This document shows, one piece after another, positions 19,485 through 29,030 of a stretch of 64,000 bases of DNA. The stretch covers positions 882-64,881 of the forward strand of contig CALKYM010000053.1 in the NCBI GenBank assembly GCA_938003525.1, written 5' to 3'. Made by a program: the position numbers and the translations under genes. Source of the DNA: an uncultured Planctomycetales bacterium (GTDB taxonomy: Bacteria > Planctomycetota > Planctomycetia > Pirellulales > JAEUIK01). The notes under the pieces were generated by a model, which saw only the letters and a program-made list of their open reading frames with translations, was not told where the DNA came from and did not search any database. The first letter of the stretch is position 1. The number at the start of each line of letters is the position of its first letter.

Positions 19485-20846
19485 ATGCACAACAGTGGCG
19501 AGCAAGTCACGACGCGTTGGCATCGTTTCTCGCTCACTGACATCGCCGTGTTCATCGCTGGCCTGGGCGTCTGCTTCGCCGCTCACGCGCGCGGATCCGC
19601 GAACTGGTGGGACGCCTGCCTCGTTGCGGGCATTGTGTGGATATCGATCGGTCTGCTGGTGCAGACGTACGATCTGTGGAGTGAGTTCGACCGCAAACCC
19701 GCAGCGAGTCGAGACGTACGTTGTGCCATTCGTTTCGCGATGTTTTGGCGATATGCGGCAGTCGCCGTGCTCGTATGGTGGGTTGTCGACTCATGGTTCC
19801 TGATCCGCGACCCAGAAAAACTTGACGCATGGACGTATCCCAGCGTCGTCTCGATGCTAATGATCGGCGAATCGCTAGGGCTGCTCGTGCTGATCGGCGT
19901 CTTAGCCGCCCAAATCGCACGGCCGCTCGCTGTGCGCCACAAGCGGCTTTGGATCGAGAAGATCGCCTCGCCACTTGGCTTGGCCGCGGGGCTGTTGATT
20001 CTCGTCCGCGTTGCCACGGAGCAGACTCTATACAGCTTTTACGATTATCTGGCCGTGGTCGGCATCGAACTGAGCGAGGGCATTCACTTCTACGAAGCCG
20101 GGGCCTACGCGGGAATTGACCCGGACCTGATGCGTCGGCAAGCCCGACTGTTTTGGCCAACCGCACTTGCCACCATCGTCGTCTGCCTGAACGTCGTCTG
20201 CTGCATGTTCCTGGCCCGACAATGGCGGCTCGGCATGCAACGTCGCACGGCCTGTGGACTGCTACTCGCGCTCGGACTCGCGTGCGAGGTCTACTATTTC
20301 TGGTGGCTCTACGGCATCGGGCTTCACGAGCTGTCACCACCACACGCGGAAGCGATCGTCTACCCGCCACTGCATGATTGGCTGGTTCCGGCGGTGATGA
20401 CGATGACGTTCACCACAATGGCATCTTATCGTCTCGTCGCGCGCAGACGAACCGAACACTCCAACACGCTGTCCTGGCGACGCCGGGAGGCGCCGTACTA
20501 CCACGAGCGCGCGCTGGTGGTCGCGATCGTCGCGTTTCTGCCAGCGGGTGAGACGGTCACGGAGTTCGTATCCTCGGCGACTACGTACGACCTGGACATA
20601 GCCCTGAACGTCTATTTCACTGAGCCAATCCTCTACCTTCAACTTGCAATCGTTCTCCTGGCGGGACAGTTACTTGTCGCGCGTGCCTGCAAGCGACGAC
20701 TCCCCGACCAAATCAGACCTCTGAACGGCTTCCAGTTTGCGGCAGTCTGGATCGCCGTGTTCCTCGCAACCGTCACCGGCATTGTGACGATGGCCTGGTT
20801 TAGCTTGGGGCTTTGGTTGACACCCTGGCATCGACTGCCACTCTGA
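19485..20846 (+). CDS. hypothetical polytopic membrane protein
   Basis: 453-aa ORF with ATG at 19485 and about 10 hydrophobic segments. The N-terminal RFSLTDIAVFIAGLGVCFA resembles the FSL-x-membrane-anchor motif common in planctomycete proteins. Confidence 0.6.
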   Translation: MHNSGEQVTTRWHRFSLTDIAVFIAGLGVCFAAHARGSANWWDACLVAGIVWISIGLLVQTYDLWSEFDRKPAASRDVRCAIRFAMFWRYAAVAVLVWWVVDSWFLIRDPEKLDAWTYPSVVSMLMIGESLGLLVLIGVLAAQIARPLAVRHKRLWIEKIASPLGLAAGLLILVRVATEQTLYSFYDYLAVVGIELSEGIHFYEAGAYAGIDPDLMRRQARLFWPTALATIVVCLNVVCCMFLARQWRLGMQRRTACGLLLALGLACEVYYFWWLYGIGLHELSPPHAEAIVYPPLHDWLVPAVMTMTFTTMASYRLVARRRTEHSNTLSWRRREAPYYHERALVVAIVAFLPAGETVTEFVSSATTYDLDIALNVYFTEPILYLQLAIVLLAGQLLVARACKRRLPDQIRPLNGFQFAAVWIAVFLATVTGIVTMAWFSLGLWLTPWHRLPL

Positions 20847-20873
20847 TGTCGTTCGTTCGGTCGCCAGTGCGAA

Positions 20874-22625
20874 CTATTCCGCACCGTGCAGCTGCCGGTA
20901 CTGGCTCTCGAAAACGCCTTTCTCTTCACGAGTCACGGATGGCCCCGCACTTCCCGCGACATCAACCTGGACGGTGTCAACGTAGAAGCCCTGATCGTCG
21001 ATTTCATCTGCCGTCGAGCGGAATCGTACATACGAGATACCGTTCGCGGTGGGATGCATCAACGGAAGCTCCGCTTCTTCATCACCGCACTTCACGGTGT
21101 AGCGCGCTTGATCGAGATCCCATGTGAAGACGAGCGTCTGCCAAGTGTCGAGTGGGCACTCGATACCATCCTGAGATCGGGCTGCTGCGTCGAAGTCGCA
21201 GCGGAACTGCGCCCACGCCTCACCTTGATCGTCGGTCGGTTCGAACATGCGGTCGGTCAGTGCGATGCTGGCTCCCCGAAAACCTGAGCGGAACATCACG
21301 TGGGCACGCAGTTCGCCGCGGCGGCCCATAGGGAAGTTCCACGTCGCTCCGTCGGCGGGCCTGTCATCGGGTCGTCGCAGGTGCAGGGCATGACCGGAAG
21401 TTGCTGTCGGCTCGTCGATAAGAACCGGTCCGACCGCACGGTCGCGCCAGTAGCGCGACGCCGGACCAAACGGCTTGAACGTGTGCCACGCGTCGTGCCC
21501 TCCCGCGAAGTCATCTTCGGCGTGAGTCTCTGTGAGCCATTCCGGTTCGATCAGCACCAGGTTTCTGCGACCGCGGCCTTGCCCGCTGATGAGCACGATG
21601 AGGCCTCGCGCGTCGTAGGCCAGCGCAGGGTATGCCGTGCCGCGATCGCCGTCGCGGGGCGGGGTCTGGTTGCGGAGCGGATCGCGATACACTTCGCGAA
21701 AACCCCGCCACGTCTGTCCCTCATCCTCCGAGATCGCAGCGTGCAGCGCGTCGCGGCCGCCGTACACTCCCTGGCCCTCGACGCGTGGCGGCATCTCGCA
21801 GTGATTCCAACACAGGACGATTCGCCCGTCCGGTAATCGCAACATACCCGGCGGTCCTGTTGAACTGGGAAACCGCGACGGGGCCGCCGCTTCCCACGTC
21901 GTGCCCTCATCGTCGGACCACGACTCGTACAGGAATCCCGTCTGGGTGCGCATCACCATGTATAGGCGACCGTCGGCCAGTGGCAGGACGACCGGCTCGC
22001 AGGCGCCATAGTTGCTGCCGTTGAAGTCGGCGTAGCAGGGCGAAGTCAACTGCGCCGGCGACTTTTGCCAACGGCGGCCGCCGTCGTCCGTGTAGACTGC
22101 CGTGACGACGTTCGGCCCAGTAGGCGGACCGCTCCGCAGGCCCGGCAGCCACTCGCCAAACGGCGCGATGATTCGCCCCGATTCGAGCCGTGTGAAGTGC
22201 ATCAATGCGCCGCAGTAGCCATCCCAAATCCGCTGCGGCTCCTCCCACCGTGCGCGACCGCCCGACGTGCGGCGATGCCAAAGGTCGATGAACCGGTCGA
22301 CAGCGATCTGACGCCCCTCGCCGCGCCCCTGCAAATACACCTCGTGCAACTCGCCCTCGGCATCCATCACCATCCGCCCCCGGATGTTTCCCGGCGGGAT
22401 TTCGATATCCACGACCGGCTCCAGCCGAAACTCTTCGCCGCTGATCGTTTCTCGCACAACCGGTCCGTGCGGCAGACGCAGGTTGTAGAACGCGAAGCTG
22501 CCATCGGGTTTCGAAAGAATCCCCACCGGCGGATCCTGCACGACGACGATCGGCGGCGCGGCGGCAAGCGTGCACTGCGAAAGTAAGACAAAGGTGGCGA
22601 AACCGGAAATCGTGGCCAAGCGCAT
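20874..22625 (-). CDS. BNR/Asp-box repeat exo-alpha-sialidase-like glycosidase with C-terminal lectin-like domain
   Basis: ORF 20874..22679, with the start moved to ATG 22625 (MRLATISGFATFVLLSQCTLAAA is a signal). There are three Asp-boxes: YTDDGGRRWQ, SDDEGTTWE and SEDEGQTWR. The C-terminal ~180 aa is beta-rich, LamG/ConA-like. Confidence 0.75.
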   Translation of the reverse strand: MRLATISGFATFVLLSQCTLAAAPPIVVVQDPPVGILSKPDGSFAFYNLRLPHGPVVRETISGEEFRLEPVVDIEIPPGNIRGRMVMDAEGELHEVYLQGRGEGRQIAVDRFIDLWHRRTSGGRARWEEPQRIWDGYCGALMHFTRLESGRIIAPFGEWLPGLRSGPPTGPNVVTAVYTDDGGRRWQKSPAQLTSPCYADFNGSNYGACEPVVLPLADGRLYMVMRTQTGFLYESWSDDEGTTWEAAAPSRFPSSTGPPGMLRLPDGRIVLCWNHCEMPPRVEGQGVYGGRDALHAAISEDEGQTWRGFREVYRDPLRNQTPPRDGDRGTAYPALAYDARGLIVLISGQGRGRRNLVLIEPEWLTETHAEDDFAGGHDAWHTFKPFGPASRYWRDRAVGPVLIDEPTATSGHALHLRRPDDRPADGATWNFPMGRRGELRAHVMFRSGFRGASIALTDRMFEPTDDQGEAWAQFRCDFDAAARSQDGIECPLDTWQTLVFTWDLDQARYTVKCGDEEAELPLMHPTANGISYVRFRSTADEIDDQGFYVDTVQVDVAGSAGPSVTREEKGVFESQYRQLHGAE

Positions 22626-22753
22626 GCGCGAGCCTTCTTGTATAGATGTAGTAGTCCGAACGCGCGTCGAACGTAGCACGGGCGCTCGCGCCGCTCAAAC
22701 CCGGCGCGTGCGCGTCGATGTGAGGTACAGCCAGGAACTGCAGGCCCACCGCC

Positions 22754-23482
22754 TTAAACCCGTCCGGCCAGATACTGCTTTCGCCGCCGCTCGGGAAACC
22801 GCTCGATGGCATAGCGCAGCATCGTGCGGGGCATCGTTTTGTAACGCGGCCGCAGGAATGCTTCGGCGGCCGCGCGATCGCGATTGGCGACCTCGCGGAG
22901 CATCCAGCCGACGGCCTTGTGGATCAGGTCTTCCTGGTCATCGAGCAACATCTCGGCAATGGTGAAGGTCTCGTCAAAGGCGCCAACCCGGATGTAGGTC
23001 AGTGTGGCGATGATAGCGACTCTCCGCTCCCACAACACCCGCGAACGGGCCAACCGATGCAGCGGCCGTTTGCTGCGCAGGGCTAGATGCTCGCCGACGA
23101 TCTTGTGCGCCGAGCAATCCACCAGGTCCCAGTTGTTCACCTGTTGGAGATTGCCCAGATACAGCTCGTAAATTTCCTGCCGCGTCGCCTTATCACCCCG
23201 CTCGTACTGTGCCACAAGGATTAATAGCGCCACGGCGCGCTGTTCATGAATCGGTGAGTGCAACAACTTGAGCACATCTCGCCGCGGCAAATCGCGATGC
23301 TCGCGGGCCAGCTTGCGCAACATGGGCACGCGAATGCCAATGAATCGATCCCCCTCGCCATACTCGCCGGGCCCCGTCTTGAAGAACCACTGCGAAGCCG
23401 TGGCCACTTCAGGATCGGCCAACTCCCCCATGCGGCAGCGGAGCGATGTCAATGTGGGACGCTTGGTCGTTTTCGACGGCAC
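22754..23482 (-). CDS. DNA alkylation repair protein (AlkD-like HEAT-repeat family)
   Basis: ORF 22754..23563. GTG at 23482 is preferred because it sits 4 nt after the upstream stop. ADPEVATASQWFFKTGPGEYGEGDRFIGIRVPMLRKLARE and NNWDLVDCSAHKIVG match the family pattern. Confidence 0.75.
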   Translation of the reverse strand: MPSKTTKRPTLTSLRCRMGELADPEVATASQWFFKTGPGEYGEGDRFIGIRVPMLRKLAREHRDLPRRDVLKLLHSPIHEQRAVALLILVAQYERGDKATRQEIYELYLGNLQQVNNWDLVDCSAHKIVGEHLALRSKRPLHRLARSRVLWERRVAIIATLTYIRVGAFDETFTIAEMLLDDQEDLIHKAVGWMLREVANRDRAAAEAFLRPRYKTMPRTMLRYAIERFPERRRKQYLAGRV

Positions 23483-23486
23483 GATA

Positions 23487-23939
23487 TCAGCTCTCGACTT
23501 GTTGGCTGGGTTGAATAAATGCCCCTTCGCGGAACGCAACGAGCAGCACCAGCAAAACGACACTGATGCCGGCCAGGCACATTACCATCGCCATCCGCAT
23601 CATGTCGGGCGAGTAGGAGAGCGCGATCACGCCTTCGTTTTCACCAGCGCGATCGATCGTGAGCGTTTCGGCAAACGTCGCCTTCTGCAGGCGATCGCTC
23701 TGTGCGACGGCCCGATACACTGCTTCATCGACTTGCAGCACGCGCCCGCTGTCGAAGGCGAGCAGAAACACATCATCTTCGCCCGGATGCTTTTCGTGGC
23801 GGATTTCGCGGTCGATCACCTGCTCGTCGAGCGACAGCGGTATCGTCGATCGGGTCGCAATGACCCAAACATTCCAGGCCATCAGCATGATCCCGATGGC
23901 AGCCAGGGCCAAGATCGGCAGCGCTCTAGCGAAATGCAA
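23487..23939 (-). CDS. hypothetical membrane protein (N- and C-terminal TM helices)
   Basis: 150-aa ORF. It overlaps the upstream ORF by 14 nt and abuts the AlkD-like gene. Hydrophobic helices are LPILALAAIGIMLMAWNVWVI and MAMVMCLAGISVVLLVLLVAF. Confidence 0.5.
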   Translation of the reverse strand: MHFARALPILALAAIGIMLMAWNVWVIATRSTIPLSLDEQVIDREIRHEKHPGEDDVFLLAFDSGRVLQVDEAVYRAVAQSDRLQKATFAETLTIDRAGENEGVIALSYSPDMMRMAMVMCLAGISVVLLVLLVAFREGAFIQPSQQVES

Positions 23940-24378
23940 AGTGGTAGCCCCCGATCATGAGTACGACGGCCCAGAGAATCATGACTAAGGCTGCGAGCGT
24001 ACCGCGCCCGTAGCCGCCTGCTGCGAGGCTGCCGAGCCCCGCCAGCACGGCGCCGAGACTTTGATTGCAGAAATCCACCTCGTCCCACTTGGCGATGCGA
24101 TAGACCGTGTTTTCCAGGAATCCCCCCAACGCGATGCACGCGACCGTCACGCAGAGTACTGCCCAACCGATGAAGCGCTCGACCCGCATCTGCACGAGCG
24201 CCGTACTGACAACCGTCGCAACCCCCAGCGTCCCGGCATAGCCGGCCAGAAAATGCCCCAGGTAGTCGCTGCGATGACTGAAGAGACAGAAGTAGGCCGT
24301 CCCGACGATTACCGGCGGCAACACGACGGCGCTCGTCAGCCTGATGGCGGCGGATTGCAAAGCGCTGCGCGTCATCAC
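23926..24378 (-). CDS. hypothetical 4-TM membrane protein
   Basis: 150-aa ORF and first gene of a three-gene overlapping set. It has four hydrophobic helices. I recognise no family. Confidence 0.5.
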   Translation of the reverse strand: MMTRSALQSAAIRLTSAVVLPPVIVGTAYFCLFSHRSDYLGHFLAGYAGTLGVATVVSTALVQMRVERFIGWAVLCVTVACIALGGFLENTVYRIAKWDEVDFCNQSLGAVLAGLGSLAAGGYGRGTLAALVMILWAVVLMIGGYHFAFR

Positions 24379-24584
24379 CCCGCCTCCATTCTGATCGCTT
24401 GCCCGATCAAAGCCCGGCTGTGACCATCGGAGTTTGATGGACCTATCGAGGTGACGACAATTCTACCGGTTGGCCGCGCGCTCCACTCGACCCTTTTCCG
24501 TGCTACGCAACCCGGGTAGGTTTGATCGGCGCCAGCGTTTTTGAGCGGTCGCCATGAGGTAGATACGCGGACGGGAAAACAAAT

Positions 24585-26102
24585 ATGTCGAACAATCCTG
24601 CAACAACGTACGAAAAGTTGTGCCAGCACGCACGGCAGACCGCCGTGCTGAGTTCGGTTGCCGACTTGCTGGGCTGGGACGAACAGACGCTCTTGCCCGC
24701 AGGTGGCCATGACTACCGCGCCGAACAACTGAGTCTGCTGGCTGGGCTGGTCCATCAGCGCGCGACCGATCCACAAATCGGTAGCTGGCTCGACGAGTTG
24801 TCGGACAGCCCGTTGGCAGCCGATCCGGAAAGCGACTCCGCCGCCACGCTGCGCGAGCTGCGCCGCACCTATGACAAACGCGTCCGACTGCCGCAAGCGT
24901 TGGTCGAAGAGTTAACGCGGACGGCGACACTCGCGCAGGCGGCCTGGCAGGAAGCCCGCCGCAACGATGACTACCCGCACTTCGCGCCCTGGCTGGAAAA
25001 GATCTACAAGCTGAAGCGCGAGGAAGCGGCCGCCACCGGCACCACCGATACCGCGTACGACGCGCTGCTGGACGACTACGAACCCGAGATGAAAACGGCG
25101 GAAGCCGCCGCCATGCTCGATGGCCTGCGGGCTGAGCTCGTCCCATTGGTGCAGGCGATTGCCGAGAGTGGCCGCGCGCCGGATCGCGCGCTGCTCGAAC
25201 GACCGTACCCCGTCGACGTACAAGAGCAGTTCGGCCGCGAGGCCTCGCGGCGCATCGGCTTCGATTTCGAGCGGGGTCGACTCGACACCTCGCCCCATCC
25301 GTTTTGCTCGACCAGCGGGCCGCACGATTGTCGCCTGACGACACGGTATGACGAACACGGCTTTGGCGATGCGTTCTTCAGCACGCTGCACGAATCGGGG
25401 CACGGCTTGTACGAGCAGGGATTGCCGACCGAGCATTTCGGCCTGCCGTTGGGAAGCGCCGTCTCGCTGGGAGTTCACGAGTCGCAGTCGCGGCTGTGGG
25501 AGAACCTTGTCGGCCGTAGTCGCGCGTTCTGGGAATACCTGTATCCGGAGCTCGTGAAGACCTTTCCGACGCAATTGAAGGACGTATCGCTCCACGACTT
25601 CTACTTCGCGGTCAACGACGTGCGCCCGTCGCTCATTCGCACGGAATCGGACGAAGCAACTTACAACCTGCACATCTGCGTGCGGTTTGAACTTGAACTG
25701 GCGCTGCTTAACGACGAGCTGAAGGTGGCCGACCTGCCCGCGGCGTGGCGCGACAAGTACGCAGAATACGTGGGCATCGCGCCGAGCAACGATGCCGACG
25801 GCGTCTTGCAGGACATCCATTGGTCGGGCGGATTGGTGGGATACTTTCCCACTTACTCGCTCGGCAATCTGTATGCAGCTCAGCTTTACGCCCAGGCCGA
25901 CCGGGAGTTGGGCGGGGTCGATTCGTTCGTTCGCCGCGGCGAATTCGCGCCGCTGCTCGAGTGGCTTCGCGAAAAGGTGCATCGCCACGGTAGCCGCTAC
26001 CGCGCGGTCGACTTGATTCGGCAGGCCAGTCAAAGCGAGCCATCGGCCGAGCCGCTGATGGAACACCTGCGCAGCAAGCTCACGCCCTTGTATGGTCTCT
26101 GA
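24585..26102 (+). CDS. carboxypeptidase M32 (Taq-type thermostable carboxypeptidase family)
   Basis: 505-aa ORF with ATG at 24585. It has the zinc motif HESGHGLYEQG. DIHWSGGLVGYFPTYSLGNLYAAQ is characteristic of M32. Confidence 0.9.
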   Translation: MSNNPATTYEKLCQHARQTAVLSSVADLLGWDEQTLLPAGGHDYRAEQLSLLAGLVHQRATDPQIGSWLDELSDSPLAADPESDSAATLRELRRTYDKRVRLPQALVEELTRTATLAQAAWQEARRNDDYPHFAPWLEKIYKLKREEAAATGTTDTAYDALLDDYEPEMKTAEAAAMLDGLRAELVPLVQAIAESGRAPDRALLERPYPVDVQEQFGREASRRIGFDFERGRLDTSPHPFCSTSGPHDCRLTTRYDEHGFGDAFFSTLHESGHGLYEQGLPTEHFGLPLGSAVSLGVHESQSRLWENLVGRSRAFWEYLYPELVKTFPTQLKDVSLHDFYFAVNDVRPSLIRTESDEATYNLHICVRFELELALLNDELKVADLPAAWRDKYAEYVGIAPSNDADGVLQDIHWSGGLVGYFPTYSLGNLYAAQLYAQADRELGGVDSFVRRGEFAPLLEWLREKVHRHGSRYRAVDLIRQASQSEPSAEPLMEHLRSKLTPLYGL

Positions 26103-26162
26103 ACGACGCGCCACGAACGCCGGGCTTCTTCAGTTCCCGCTGACTTGCACGGAAACGCGATC

Positions 26163-27185
26163 ATGGACAAAGACAAGCTGCCCGAAGTGCCACCCTCCGA
26201 GCCCGCCGGGTACGACGTCCGCAGGTATCTGCTGTATTCGCTCTCGATTCCCGAACGAGCGCTGCGTGGTAGCGTGGGGCTCGTCGGAGGCGCGGTGCGC
26301 GAATCCGCGTCGCTGTTGGTCCCTTCGGCCTTTCAGAACTCGAAGACCTATTCGGTCATGGTTCAGCAGATGCTCGACTTCGTCGTCGAAGATATCGGCG
26401 GCGTGGCGCGAACGGAAGAACAAGCCGGCCCGGCGCCGGTCGAGAACTTCGTCGCCCGCAAAACCGTGGGCAACTTCGTCGAACTAGCCGGACTGGCGAC
26501 GCTGCACATCTCCCCGATGACCGTGTTGGCCATCATGTCCGACGTAGCCTACGGCTCGCAGACGCTGTTGCGTGAATGGGGGGCCGAGCTCAAACGCCAG
26601 GGAGTGATCGACGAAAACTCGACGATCGACCACGCCGACGACCTGCTCGACGCGGTCGCCCGGGCATCCGGCGAGATGGCCGGCGCGTTCGATACGCCGC
26701 CGCTTTCGGTCGAAGGGCTGAAACAGACAATCGACGCGACGCGTTCGAGCGTCGCCCAGATCGATCCCACCAAGCTGATCCCGCGCGAAGAGATCGAGCG
26801 GATGTGGACCGAGATGAGCGAAGTGGCCCGCCGCGACAAGGTCTCGCTCAGTGAAGTCTCGACGACGATGGCCCTGCACTCACTCAACCGCGTCACCAAC
26901 GTGGGCAAAGGTGCGCTCTCCACGGTTCGCGTCGGCGGCAATCTCTTCGACCGCCACGTCGTCGACCACTACCGCGCGGCGCTGGGCGATATCTACCGCG
27001 ACGGTGTTTACGCCACGCTGGCGAAGCGCAGCGGACCCTACATCGACGCCGTGTGGCAGAACTTCTCCTCCGAGAAGTCCACGCTCACCGAAGACCTCGT
27101 CTCCGGTAAGCTCCCCATGCAAGCCTGGAACAAAGTGCGAAGGTGGTTTGGCGGAGGGGGAGAGGGAGCCGGAAGCGCATCCTGA
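26163..27185 (+). CDS. hypothetical protein
   Basis: ORF 26145..27185, with ATG at 26163 preferred (MDKDKLPEV). The 340-aa sequence is helical-looking with coding-like composition. I recognise no family. Confidence 0.55.
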   Translation: MDKDKLPEVPPSEPAGYDVRRYLLYSLSIPERALRGSVGLVGGAVRESASLLVPSAFQNSKTYSVMVQQMLDFVVEDIGGVARTEEQAGPAPVENFVARKTVGNFVELAGLATLHISPMTVLAIMSDVAYGSQTLLREWGAELKRQGVIDENSTIDHADDLLDAVARASGEMAGAFDTPPLSVEGLKQTIDATRSSVAQIDPTKLIPREEIERMWTEMSEVARRDKVSLSEVSTTMALHSLNRVTNVGKGALSTVRVGGNLFDRHVVDHYRAALGDIYRDGVYATLAKRSGPYIDAVWQNFSSEKSTLTEDLVSGKLPMQAWNKVRRWFGGGGEGAGSAS

Positions 27186-27299
27186 AGGGCATGAAGGCAC
27201 CAGCGACCATGCTCCCTACTGACCCACGGACGGCAATGTGGCCGACGTTTGGTTGGTCCACGCTCAACAACCATCACCCAGGCGCTTTGCGGCAAGCGG

Positions 27300-27731
27300 C
27301 TATCCGAAGACGTGTGATGCTGTTGCTGGCAGCCATCGAGTTCGTTTGAGCATGAAGAGATCGAGCGATTCACCACGACGCCATTCGGCGAGCACTACTG
27401 CTTTCGCCCGATGATGCTTGGCAACTTGCCGTAATCGGTCTACATCGTCTTTCGTCGGTCGGGGCGCATTACCACCCTTGACTTGAATCAGAATGATCTC
27501 GAAGACGTCTCCGCGCTTTAGCCCCGACGCCTCAGTCCGGTGGTCTTTCCGTATGGCAAGCAGGTCGACGATGCCTCGAGACTCCGCCCGAGCCTTGCCA
27601 CAAAAGTCGACAAGTTGCCATTTCGCGCCCGTTCGGCGGCTGTACGTCACGAGCCATTTCGTCATCGTGCGGGCCCACTTCGCCGTATGTTGAGCTTTCT
27701 TTCCGGGAGTGGTCTTCGTCACTTTCTTCAT
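27300..27731 (-). CDS. PD-(D/E)xK nuclease-superfamily protein (Hjc / YraN-like minimal core)
   Basis: ORF 27300..27806, with the start moved to ATG 27731 (MKKVTKTTPGKK). ESRGIVDLLAIRK, a gap of about 19 aa, then FEIILIQVKGG gives the D...E-x-K catalytic arrangement. The surrounding DNA is visibly lower in GC. Confidence 0.55.
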   Translation of the reverse strand: MKKVTKTTPGKKAQHTAKWARTMTKWLVTYSRRTGAKWQLVDFCGKARAESRGIVDLLAIRKDHRTEASGLKRGDVFEIILIQVKGGNAPRPTKDDVDRLRQVAKHHRAKAVVLAEWRRGESLDLFMLKRTRWLPATASHVFG

Positions 27732-27815
27732 CGTTCTATGCTGTCGCTGACCTGTGCAAAGGCGACGTGACCAGTAGTTAATTTCCCGGAAAAAGCTCCG
27801 TAGCACGCCGTTTGA

Positions 27816-28976
27816 TCACTCCCCATTCACATACAACTTCACGTTGTGCGTCGCTCTCCCGCCGGCGACGATGTCGGGGTGGCCGTCGCCGGTGAGGTCG
27901 GCGACGATTAGATCTTCGGTGGCGATGCCGCCGGCGTCGAGGACGTGCTTGCGCCACTGGGTGCCCGTATCGTTCCGGGCGTCGTAGACGTTCACGCCGG
28001 GCGCCTCGGGCGTATCGCTGTGGCCAAAGGCGATCTCGTCATCGCCGTCGCCGTCGATGTCGGCCGTCCATAGGGCGTGGCCGCGTTGAAAGCCCGAGTC
28101 GATGACGTGGCGGATCCAAAGCTCATCATCGCTTCCCGGCGCGGTGTAGACGACCAGCTCGTGGCCGTGCATGGGCTCAACGGTAGTGATGAACACGGCG
28201 CCGCTCGCGAGCCGTCCCGTCTTGATCTCGCCGGCTCCGCTTTGGTCGGGCTCGTCGGCAGTCGCCCCGTTTGCCAGCCGGATTCTCGTCCATTGTCCGT
28301 CTTGCAACCGGACGAGATGCACGCCTTCGCGGGAAGCGGTGAGCGTGTCGACGGCCTCGTCGCCGTCGAAGTCGACGTGCCAGTGGTTGTGCATCCGGTT
28401 TAGTTCGCCATCGAGCACCGTCGCCGGCCAGCGGTCGGTCGTCGGTTTGTTCGGAATTTCGAACGCCGTCAATCGCACGCCGCTACCCGTCGTGGCGTTC
28501 AGGGGTGAGATGACCAGTTGCGGGCGCCCCTTACCCAGTACGTCGGCCCATCGCATGCGGTGCAGCCATCGCTCTTCGCCAATCGGATGAACCTGCCAGG
28601 GCTCATCGAGCGAGGGGCCGCAACGCAGCCAGTGCAGTGTGCCGGTCTTCGTCCAGCCGGCGCCCAGGGCGAAATCGACTTGCCCGTCGCCGTCGATATC
28701 GGCCGGAGCGATGCAGACGTTATCTCGCGGCGTCTGGTCCTCGACGATCACGCCCGGCTGCCAATCGGGCGCTCGATACCACACCACGCGGTTCTCGCTC
28801 ACCGCCACGATGTCATCGCGGCCATCTCCATCGACATCGGCGGCGGTGACCGCATAGCAGATGTCACCCACGTGAGGATCGATAGTGACCGCGTGAAAGC
28901 CGGGAAACGTTTCCCCGGCCACCGCCTGTACTGTCGTGAGGGCGATCAACAAGGTCGCGCGAAAGAGAGAAGACAT
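27816..28976 (-). CDS. FG-GAP/VCBS repeat protein, secreted
   Basis: 386-aa ORF with ATG at 28976 and signal MSSLFRATLLIALTTVQAVA. Calcium-loop repeats are DVDGDGRDDIV, DIDGDGQVDF, DFDGDEAVD, DIDGDGDDEI and DLTGDGHPDIV. Confidence 0.8.
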   Translation of the reverse strand: MSSLFRATLLIALTTVQAVAGETFPGFHAVTIDPHVGDICYAVTAADVDGDGRDDIVAVSENRVVWYRAPDWQPGVIVEDQTPRDNVCIAPADIDGDGQVDFALGAGWTKTGTLHWLRCGPSLDEPWQVHPIGEERWLHRMRWADVLGKGRPQLVISPLNATTGSGVRLTAFEIPNKPTTDRWPATVLDGELNRMHNHWHVDFDGDEAVDTLTASREGVHLVRLQDGQWTRIRLANGATADEPDQSGAGEIKTGRLASGAVFITTVEPMHGHELVVYTAPGSDDELWIRHVIDSGFQRGHALWTADIDGDGDDEIAFGHSDTPEAPGVNVYDARNDTGTQWRKHVLDAGGIATEDLIVADLTGDGHPDIVAGGRATHNVKLYVNGE

Positions 28977-29030
28977 ACGGTGATTCCCCGGCAGATGTTC
29001 AGCGCATCGCCCTAGCAGCCGGCCGCCACA

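Noticed and set aside
24912-26114. 400-aa minus-strand ORF
   Set aside because: It is antisense to the M32 carboxypeptidase gene, which has the HESGH zinc motif. The translation is Arg/Gln/Val-rich with no recognisable domain.
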